This document shows, in pieces, positions 16,354 to 23,097 of a DNA stretch of 64,000 bases (its first letter is position 1; each line of letters begins with the position of its first letter). The notes under the pieces were generated by a model, which did no database searches, was not told where the DNA came from, and saw only the letters and a program-made list of their open reading frames with translations. The stretch is from the IMG/VR virus record IMGVR_UViG_3300050821_005889; one strand, given 5' to 3'. Position numbers and translations under genes: made by a program. This DNA is from a virus.

Positions 16354-16433
16354 TGTGTTAACAGTTTAGTTAGTTTGCAGCCTTTCGGCTGTGTTCACTA
16401 TTATCATTGCGGACTTACAACCGCTAACTGTTT
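16354..16433 (-). repeat. conserved intergenic element, copy B
   Basis: Minus-strand reading: GTTGTAAGTCCGCAATGATAATAGTGAACACA, then the hairpin CAGCC-GAAA-GGCTG, then AAACTAACTAAAC. Matches copy A in order and spacing. Confidence 0.55.
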
Positions 16434-16745
16434 TTATAGTAGTTCTTTAGGTATATCCGGCGTTCTTTTATATTCCCACCATTTACTTCCATCATATTCA
16501 CCCCTTTCAAGCCACGTACCATCCTTTAACCATACATAGCCAAAAAGCTCCTGCCCTCCATATCCGTTATCGTATTCAAAATCAAGCTGTTTAAAGAAGT
16601 TCACCTCCTGTTTTTTGGTATGTTTTACAGGGAGTATAACTGTTGCGTGTTGGCTTACGTCCCATTCCTTTCCATGATTAATGCTGGCGCATTTAACAGG
16701 TGCCTTATTTTTGAGGATGTCCTGTAATTCATTTTTTGCGTTCAT
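16434..16745 (-). CDS. hypothetical protein (103 aa)
   Basis: ATG at 16745. Confidence 0.65.
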   Translation of the reverse strand: MNAKNELQDILKNKAPVKCASINHGKEWDVSQHATVILPVKHTKKQEVNFFKQLDFEYDNGYGGQELFGYVWLKDGTWLERGEYDGSKWWEYKRTPDIPKELL

Positions 16746-16751
16746 AGTAGT

Positions 16752-16847
16752 TTATTTACCTCCTTTAATCTTTGCCCACCTTGTAATAATGAGGAACATT
16801 GCAGGGAGGCAGGCAAGGATTGTAATGCCTTGTTCTACGTGGTTCAT
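16752..16847 (-). CDS. micro-protein with TM helix (31 aa)
   Basis: MNHVEQGITILACLPAMFLIITRWAKIKGGK. ATGA overlap with the stop of 16844..17026. Confidence 0.4.
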   Translation of the reverse strand: MNHVEQGITILACLPAMFLIITRWAKIKGGK

Positions 16848-17026
16848 ATTTTTGTTATTTCGGTGACAGGTACGTGTTCTCTATTGCCATTTTCAAACTT
16901 AATCTCATACCAATCGAGTTCGTTTGGGTCGTTGGTTTCCTTTCCTAACATAATGGTAATAGTTGCAGGCATACCCCACACAGTTACCTTTTCGCTAATA
17001 TTATAATCTATGTTTAACGGGTTCAT
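16844..17026 (-). CDS. hypothetical protein (60 aa)
   Basis: 4-nt overlap with the upstream gene. Confidence 0.5.
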   Translation of the reverse strand: MNPLNIDYNISEKVTVWGMPATITIMLGKETNDPNELDWYEIKFENGNREHVPVTEITKI

Positions 17027-17226
17027 ATACCCATGAATTTAGCGCCTTGCCTGCTCATTTGCTTTGCCTCTCCAATGGTTTGCTTTGTTAAAGCCCTCCA
17101 TGAATGAGGTTGCAGGGGTAGTATTGTGTACATAGCGTACATTTTGGCCTGTTGATTGATACCACGTCTTGTGATAGCCCTTAATGTCATAAGGGTGCGA
17201 CAGGTAATAAAGAATTGTGTTTCCAT
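17023..17226 (-). CDS. hypothetical protein (67 aa)
   Basis: Coupled to both neighbours. Confidence 0.5.
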   Translation of the reverse strand: METQFFITCRTLMTLRAITRRGINQQAKMYAMYTILPLQPHSWRALTKQTIGEAKQMSRQGAKFMGI

Positions 17227-17480
17227 TAGGTTAGTTTTAGTGTTCTTATGACTTTATTGGAGTAGTGCAGTTTTTTGGCTTTTGCTTTATCTTTGTTAAA
17301 TACATCATTATCGTATCTCATGTTAAGACTATGATATACGTCTGCTATTCGTACAATATCAACCCCCGCTCTTGTGTACTTGCCTGTTAGTTCTCTTGCC
17401 GCTTTGTCAATTGCGCACCCATGTTCGGGGTCATAAAAGTCTGTACCTTTAAAATGCTTTGCTTTCAGTTGTAGTTTCAT
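17226..17480 (-). CDS. paralogue family A member 3 (84 aa)
   Basis: LKAKHFKGTDF...GCAIDKAARELTG ... VIRTLKLT. Confidence 0.6.
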   Translation of the reverse strand: MKLQLKAKHFKGTDFYDPEHGCAIDKAARELTGKYTRAGVDIVRIADVYHSLNMRYDNDVFNKDKAKAKKLHYSNKVIRTLKLT

Positions 17481-17485
17481 AACAC

Positions 17486-17656
17486 TTACGGTTTTAGATG
17501 TTGTACGTATGAAGCGAGGGAATAGGTTGCCGGTGTAAGCCCGTACACGTTTATACGCTCCTTAATCATAGGTGTATGCACCTTTACAGGCTGCATTGAC
17601 TTAATAGTCTTAAGGGCACTGATACGTGCCTTTTTGCGTGCTTTGCTTGTTCGCAT
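17486..17656 (-). CDS. hypothetical basic protein (56 aa)
   Basis: MRTSKARKKARISALKTIKSMQPVKVHTPMIKERINVYGLTPATYSLASYVQHLKP. Hand-translated. Confidence 0.45.
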   Translation of the reverse strand: MRTSKARKKARISALKTIKSMQPVKVHTPMIKERINVYGLTPATYSLASYVQHLKP

Positions 17657-17661
17657 AGGTA

Positions 17662-18003
17662 TTAGTTTATGTAATTAGATTTATTGAGTTTAGGTAATAG
17701 TCCAACGGGATAAGAATCAAAGGATTGCAAGGCACCTGCGAGGGAATTAAGCCCTTTGGATATGCGCATAGCATAGCGCTCCAAATGGAACACACCTTTA
17801 CTATCTTGCCACAGTACCCATTTGCCCGAACGTCCGTTATTGACGCGGGTATGAGTAGTCACACGGGCAACGTTAGCCCTCTTTGATTTAGGTATATTTC
17901 GGTATATACCTACATTGTGTTGAATGTCCATAAATGTAAAAATTAGCATAACAGGCGCGGTTTGACCGTAGTTACTATATGCTTCTATGCCGAATCTTAT
18001 CAC
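17662..18003 (-). CDS. hypothetical protein; first gene of the leftward block, start uncertain
   Basis: The track start at 18003 is GTG. In-frame ATGs occur at codons 19 and 25. Confidence 0.5.
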   Translation of the reverse strand: MIRFGIEAYSNYGQTAPVMLIFTFMDIQHNVGIYRNIPKSKRANVARVTTHTRVNNGRSGKWVLWQDSKGVFHLERYAMRISKGLNSLAGALQSFDSYPVGLLPKLNKSNYIN

Positions 18004-18429
18004 GGGAGTATCTTGACAATTAACTAAGAATAGTTAACCATGTATAGAAGGTATTTAACAGCCTGTTACGTCTGACTTTATTTATTCCGTTACGGGTGGA
18101 AGGTGAATATATCGACCTTTTAACCTACCTTTGGTTATTGCGCGTTCGGTGGAATCGGACTTGCTTATCCCCTACATTGTGGAACTTAGTTCCTTGCGGC
18201 CTTTTTGCTCTTTATCCTATATACAAGGTATATAGACTTATTACAGTAACGGGAAACGTCCGAAACGAGGCACCCGCTTTGAAACCGTATATTTAGTAGT
18301 TAAGAAAAGGATAGGTACATTTGTAAGCTATTTAACCGCCCTCTTAATGTCCGTTATCATAGTCGAACGATGCAAACATAGTATAGGGAGGTGTACAAAA
18401 AGTAGTACAATAAGTTAGAATGATATATT

Positions 18430-18463
18430 TAATCGACTAACGGAATAATATAATCGACGAACG
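18430..18463. repeat. direct repeat TAATCGAC[TG]AACG x2 with 21-nt period, in AT-rich DNA
   Basis: Copies at 18430..18442 and 18451..18463. The nearby CACAAAACACAAAACA is a second tandem repeat. Confidence 0.6.
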
Positions 18464-18619
18464 TATATATAAATCAGTTAAGCCATATAAGGCACAAAAC
18501 ACAAAACAGATCAAAAATGAGGTTTCCGGTATATTAGACAAGGTGTATAGAAGAATGGAATAGCATTAACCATGCCAAACATATTAAAACTTATGCGTCC
18601 TATATACAGTACAGTGTGT

Positions 18620-19061
18620 GAATAAGTTACCTACCTAATGGCAGGCAGGTACCTATATATTAGTACTCACTTATAATCCCAATACACACAAAGGACTACC
18701 CATTTTCTACGTCCAAAGGACTACCCCGAAAGCGCTACCATGTGCCACAACAAACCAGCTACCTACAAAAGGGTAACCACAAAGTTACTCATGTATGACA
18801 AAGTGGCAGGATGTAGGAAGGAAAGGAAGGGTAACCTTTTCCCCCTATGTTCCACGTGAAACAGGTTACCTAATTCCTTGTAACCCAATGAGTTACCCAA
18901 TTATAGGTAGTGTTTCACACGTGGTTACCAATGACCTGTTAGACATTTATGACTACCCATAAATAGGTAGGACATGACATAATGTCAGGTAGCCGAAAAG
19001 GAGTAGCCATGACATGGTAGGGCACACAAAAAAAAGAAGTACCCCGAAAGGACTACCCCCA
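18620..19061. repeat. iteron-like array of TACC-core motifs
   Basis: I counted about 17 forward [TCA]TACC/TAACC motifs and about 6 reverse GGTAG motifs in roughly 440 nt. AAAGGACTACCC occurs three times (18690, 18715, 19047). TACCCCGAAAG occurs twice (18722, 19040). GGTNACC occurs four times (18772, 18830, 18864, 18923). Confidence 0.7.
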
Positions 19062-19503
19062 CAGGAACCACTTTACCCCTCCCCCCGGTAGCCGGGGTGG
19101 GATATAGGAGTATCGGACTCCCGGACAGGGACATGAGCCTTACTCCCTCATAGCCTCCCACCCATTCATGCACCTTCCTTATCCTTCCTTGAGGGTCACA
19201 AGCCTTTTCATTGACGCAGGGCTGTCATAACCTTTCCATATCCCGGCACACCTACGGTAAAGGACACCTTACCCCCTGCAGGGGTACCTGGGGGTCACAC
19301 AAGGACGTATAGGGGTCATGGGTATTGAGATGGACAGAAGCAAATCACCTGTGCCCAGGTCGTCTGTAAGGGGACGTAGGAGGGGAATAGAAAAGGATAT
19401 TGTCTCTATTATTGTAGCTAAGAGACGAAACCTCATAAAGTATTGATTATCAGTATAGGTCAGTTCAATCGAACTTGATTTTTGTTCAATAGTTCTGAAC
19501 AAG

Positions 19504-19534
19504 TTTGATGTTAGTAACTATTTTAATAGTTTTG
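19504..19534 (+). promoter_or_regulatory. Bacteroidota-type promoter for the rightward block
   Basis: TTTG (19504..19507), 19 nt, then TAGTTTTG (19527..19534). Sits 20 nt upstream of the ATG at 19555. Confidence 0.5.
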
Positions 19535-19554
19535 GTATAGTTCAATAATATTGT

Positions 19555-20151
19555 ATGATGATTAGTAATAAATACAGCACAAAGCCGGTATATGTGAATA
19601 ATCCATTTTCTAAGGAAGCAGTTAGTTCTTTTAAATCGGACTGGATAGATTACAGGGAGAAAGGAGTAAGGATGATAGTAGAGGAGACCGGAGAGGTTAT
19701 GGACTTTAAAAAGCCGGAAAGCAGCGTCCAGGTCTTTGAGGATACAGCAAGGTTTGTTAAGTTCTATGCAGGCTTCGGGGAGCAGTTCCGTAAACTAAAA
19801 GAAAGCGGTCAGAGCATCTTCTGGTTTATATTTCTTAAACGCCTTAAGCGCAACAGGGACTTTGTGTATATAGACATGGCTGAATGCGTAGCGTACTGCG
19901 GATGGAAAAGCAAGACCGGGTTCTACACCGGGCTGTGTGACCTCATTGAACATGATTTCATTGCTAAAAAAGCGCAGGAGGAAAACTGTTTCTTTATTAA
20001 TATCACCCTGTTCTTCAATGGTAGCCGCAAACACTTACAGGTGTTCAGGGATTGGGTAACAGCAGAGAAAGCTAAGGTTCCGCCGGAAGTAAATAAATTA
20101 CAAGATAAAAATACAGGTGGGCAATTGGAATCAGAGAAGGGGGGTGAGTGA
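19555..20151 (+). CDS. winged-helix DNA-binding protein, replication-initiator-like
   Basis: 198 aa. The pattern FVKFY...LKESGQSIFWFIFLKRLKRNRDFVYIDMAECVAYCGWKSKTGFYTGLCDLIEHDFIAKK...FFINITLFFNGSR is typical of wHTH Rep/MarR-like phage and plasmid proteins. First gene next to the iteron array. Confidence 0.45.
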   Translation: MMISNKYSTKPVYVNNPFSKEAVSSFKSDWIDYREKGVRMIVEETGEVMDFKKPESSVQVFEDTARFVKFYAGFGEQFRKLKESGQSIFWFIFLKRLKRNRDFVYIDMAECVAYCGWKSKTGFYTGLCDLIEHDFIAKKAQEENCFFINITLFFNGSRKHLQVFRDWVTAEKAKVPPEVNKLQDKNTGGQLESEKGGE

Positions 20152-20323
20152 CCAGTGCGCATCACTTGCAAGGGGGCTTACCACAGAACAAACCCTGGAC
20201 TGTCGTCAGGACAGGAACTGGGAACAGTTTGATAAGCTGTCCATTGAAAATAAACTTTATGCCTGCCGCCGGGAAATGGAGTTTTACCTTGAGCATGGAT
20301 ATTCTATTTATAAAAAATCATAA
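20117..20323 (+). CDS. hypothetical protein (68 aa), doubtful
   Basis: Only a GTG start is available. Overlaps the end of 19555..20151. Confidence 0.3.
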   Translation: MGNWNQRRGVSDQCASLARGLTTEQTLDCRQDRNWEQFDKLSIENKLYACRREMEFYLEHGYSIYKKS

Positions 20324-20416
20324 TTAGTAAACATGATTAAAATTAGTACAGAAATATTTGTTTATTTCAAATAAAGGAAGTAATGTTGCACAACTAACTA
20401 AACTAAAAAAACGAAA

Positions 20417-20752
20417 ATGGAAGACTGGAATCCCGGAGACACGGCTATCTGTATTGACAATAGCCCAGTAAATGGTGCTGATGGAAACCCATTGCGAAAA
20501 GGGTCTGAGTATATGATACAGGCTATTACAAAGTGCAAATGCGGTGGTACCTTTTTTAACGTAGGAATCTCTTCATCGTCATTTTTTACAAAAACAGGAA
20601 CAACCTTTACCTGTTGCGGGGAAGAAACATCGGATGGCATCTGGTGGTTTGCTGCCAGGCGCTTTACCAAAAAGAAGACTCTACAGGCCACAGAGTTCAA
20701 AGAGGTATCCTACTCTAAAGTAATTGAAACCGAAAAACAAACAGCTAATTAA
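20417..20752 (+). CDS. Cys-rich paralogue family B member 1 (111 aa)
   Basis: W.PGDTAICIDNS ... ITKCKCGG ... FTCCGEE ... WWFAARRFTK. Preceded by an AACTAACTAAACTAAAAAAACGAAA leader. Confidence 0.65.
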   Translation: MEDWNPGDTAICIDNSPVNGADGNPLRKGSEYMIQAITKCKCGGTFFNVGISSSSFFTKTGTTFTCCGEETSDGIWWFAARRFTKKKTLQATEFKEVSYSKVIETEKQTAN

Positions 20753-20753
20753 T

Positions 20754-21047
20754 ATGGAACAAAATCATAAAGACTGGAAGGTAGGCGACCTGGTTCTTTG
20801 TATGAATGACTCTTCATTAAACAAAGACCCATCACTACCCTTCTATGGAGTGGAATGCAAGGCAGGATTGATTTATAAAATAAAAGCAATAAGCTATTGC
20901 CCCGGCTGCGGTAATATGAATATAGATATTGGTGCCAGAAATGGTAATGGTATATACGAGACGCATTGCTGCGTCTGTGATGAAAGAACAATTAGCAAGG
21001 TGGGATGGTGTAAAGCGGAGAGATTTTTTAAACTAACTATAAACTAA
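20754..21047 (+). CDS. Cys-rich paralogue family B member 2 (97 aa)
   Basis: ATG at 20754, 2 nt after the upstream TAA (the track start 20724 is TTG). WKVGDLVLCMNDS ... ISYCPGCGN ... HCCVCDE ... GWCKAERFFK. Confidence 0.65.
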   Translation: MEQNHKDWKVGDLVLCMNDSSLNKDPSLPFYGVECKAGLIYKIKAISYCPGCGNMNIDIGARNGNGIYETHCCVCDERTISKVGWCKAERFFKLTIN

Positions 21048-21051
21048 AAAC

Positions 21052-21210
21052 ATGAACTACAAGAACGTAAGAACATCAGAGGTCATAGGGGTCTCTGATT
21101 ACAATAAACTCTCCACTACCCAGCGCTACCTGTGGCTGGCAACCAAAGACGCGGTGACACATTACCTGGACTTTAATAAGACCGGAGGGTATGTGGCAAA
21201 GCTGATGTAA
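21052..21210 (+). CDS. hypothetical protein (52 aa)
   Basis: MNYKNVRTSEVIGVSDYNKLSTTQRYLWLATKDAVTHYLDFNKTGGYVAKLM. AAACTAACTATAAACTAAAAAC leader. Confidence 0.45.
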   Translation: MNYKNVRTSEVIGVSDYNKLSTTQRYLWLATKDAVTHYLDFNKTGGYVAKLM

Positions 21211-21214
21211 TTTC

Positions 21215-21379
21215 ATGGATAACTGCGAAAATTCAGAACGCCTGGATTCTGTACAGACAACCTATTTTTACAGGTGGGCAGGAAGCCTTATAGACAGAGA
21301 AATAAAGGCCATACCGGCAGAAAAAAATATATCACAAATACGAATCATTACCAAAGATAAAGATGAAACCAAAGGATAG
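21215..21379 (+). CDS. hypothetical protein (54 aa)
   Basis: MDNCENSERLDSVQTTYFYRWAGSLIDREIKAIPAEKNISQIRIITKDKDETKG. Overlaps the next start by 17 nt. Confidence 0.4.
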   Translation: MDNCENSERLDSVQTTYFYRWAGSLIDREIKAIPAEKNISQIRIITKDKDETKG

Positions 21380-21656
21380 ATGGGACAACCCGGCATTCCC
21401 GGTTGACTTCGCACCGCAGACCACACAGGAAATAGAGAGCTATGCTCAGGACTGTGGTCTTACCAAGAGGGAATATTTCTATGCCAAGACCTTACAAGGG
21501 TTACTGGCAGATGGTATATATACAAACCCGGCTCTGCAAGAACAGGTAAGAGGACATGGATTTGACCCGGATAAGGATGGGGTCATGGACTCATTGGTTG
21601 CTATTACAGTGAGTGTAGTGGCAGAAGCAGTATTAAAAGAACTTGAAAAAAGATAA
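21363..21656 (+). CDS. hypothetical protein (97 aa)
   Basis: ATG at 21363. Confidence 0.6.
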   Translation: MKPKDRWDNPAFPVDFAPQTTQEIESYAQDCGLTKREYFYAKTLQGLLADGIYTNPALQEQVRGHGFDPDKDGVMDSLVAITVSVVAEAVLKELEKR

Positions 21657-21663
21657 AAATAAT

Positions 21664-22545
21664 ATGGGACTTATAAGAGGACACATAAAATCAAGGGGTA
21701 TAGAATATGGTATGGCGCATATTGTTTTTGAACCCAGCCCGGATGGACTTTTCGTTAAGGATGAGAGCACTAATTTTATCTCACCATTCATAGAATCAAA
21801 AAAGCCGGACTGCGATAAGTGGCAGAAAGACTTTGAGATACTTAAGTGTAAGAGAGAATGCTATAATTACGCACATATAGGTATACATGATTATAATGAA
21901 GTCTGTTTAGCTCCACCGCAATGTGACATCTGGTCAGTACGCAGGCTAAAGGATAATACGGTATGGACTGTAGGAGACCGGGACAGGCGTTATGGAAAAA
22001 TATCCGGCTTCAATCGGATATGTAATGAAAAAGAAAATTTTGGCGTTCCTTATATCATGGCTCTGTTCGGAGAGCGAACAAAGGTTAACCTGTCCTGCCT
22101 GGAGGTGCCGGAAAAGGTAAAACCTAATAATTGCGTATGCTATGATGAGTACGGAAACCCTTTATATAAAGGAGAAAAAGTATATTGGGTAGACTATCCT
22201 GAAAATTTATTATATAATCTTCCTGCTGAATCCGGCGAATGCTATGCAGAGGATGTGGCAAAATCATTTGAGCTGAACAGACATTATTTTAAATATAAAT
22301 CCAATATGGGTACGTGGATAAGTAGTAGGATAAATGAGTTTGGGGAACAGCTTAATAAGTCAGTATGTAAAATAATGACGGTTACATTAAAACATTCATG
22401 CTTTAACGGAACTGGGTATCAGACAACCATGAGTGATATTCCTATTTGCTGGCGTGACAGGGTGAACAAAATGATTGGAGAATCTTACAATGATATGATA
22501 AATAAACTTAACCTTAACGACATAGAAAAAATAGAAATAAAATGA
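21664..22545 (+). CDS. hypothetical Cys-rich protein (293 aa)
   Basis: The track start 21643 is TTG. The first ATG at 21664 follows the upstream TAA by 7 nt. Confidence 0.65.
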   Translation: MGLIRGHIKSRGIEYGMAHIVFEPSPDGLFVKDESTNFISPFIESKKPDCDKWQKDFEILKCKRECYNYAHIGIHDYNEVCLAPPQCDIWSVRRLKDNTVWTVGDRDRRYGKISGFNRICNEKENFGVPYIMALFGERTKVNLSCLEVPEKVKPNNCVCYDEYGNPLYKGEKVYWVDYPENLLYNLPAESGECYAEDVAKSFELNRHYFKYKSNMGTWISSRINEFGEQLNKSVCKIMTVTLKHSCFNGTGYQTTMSDIPICWRDRVNKMIGESYNDMINKLNLNDIEKIEIK

Positions 22546-22823
22546 GCGAACAAACACATACAAGACCCGACATCATAGCAGAAACAACCTATGAGTCACT
22601 AACAATAATAAAAGACGCCCTCTTTCGCAAACTCAATCAAAAAGGAAATCACGCCTTCGTTTCCACACATGAAATACTTGGAGTGGTGACAGAGGAGTAT
22701 CATGAGGTCATAGATGCAGTGAAGTATAATAATAAAGATAAGGTGCGCAAGGAGCTTATAGACCTGGCAGTGGCCTGTGTACATGGAATATCTTCGATTG
22801 ATAATGGTAAAATAGATTGGTAG
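22542..22823 (+). CDS. MazG-like nucleotide pyrophosphohydrolase
   Basis: 93 aa. HEILGVVTEEYHEVIDAV...VRKELIDLAVACV fits the EExxE...ExxD four-helix MazG pattern. ATGA overlap with the upstream gene. Confidence 0.55.
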   Translation: MSEQTHTRPDIIAETTYESLTIIKDALFRKLNQKGNHAFVSTHEILGVVTEEYHEVIDAVKYNNKDKVRKELIDLAVACVHGISSIDNGKIDW

Positions 22824-22867
22824 CAACAAATCATAGTAATTTTTTAAATCGCCTTGAAGAACTTGCC

Positions 22868-23095
22868 ATGTCAAAAGACAATTTAAGAAAGCCTCCTAAA
22901 CTTGAGAGCAACGAACCACCACCTTCACCATCTAATCCTAAAAACAATACAGCAATGAACAAACACATCAAAGGCATGACAGCGCCGGGACAATCGTTCA
23001 ACACCCTATCAAGCGGAGCCAGCTTCACAAAGTCCAATAAAGGCAAAAGGAGCAAGCGCCGGGCACAGAAAAAGTCACGTAAGAAAAACAGGTAA
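22868..23095 (+). CDS. small basic low-complexity protein (75 aa)
   Basis: ATG at 22868 (the track start 22817 is TTG). C-terminal tail KGKRSKRRAQKKSRKKNR. Confidence 0.45.
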   Translation: MSKDNLRKPPKLESNEPPPSPSNPKNNTAMNKHIKGMTAPGQSFNTLSSGASFTKSNKGKRSKRRAQKKSRKKNR

Positions 23096-23097
23096 TC

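Noticed and set aside
18373-18399. Leftward promoter TATGTTTG (rc of 18373..18380) with CAAA at 18396..18399
   Set aside because: The -7 box matches, but the spacing to the putative -33 element is only about 15 nt. It also lies about 370 nt from the first leftward gene, which is too weak to call.
18620-19061. CRISPR array as an explanation for the short repeats
   Set aside because: The repeats are 6-13 nt, irregularly spaced and in both orientations. There are no 25-40-nt repeat/spacer units and no cas genes.
18096-19502. Track ORFs inside the 1.55-kb gap (18096..18296 +, 18985..19173 -, 19269..19502 -)
   Set aside because: They have non-ATG or isolated starts and lack the leader motifs seen at real genes. 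Their products are Pro/Gly/Leu-rich translations of the iteron and GC-hairpin DNA. The region is better explained as non-coding.
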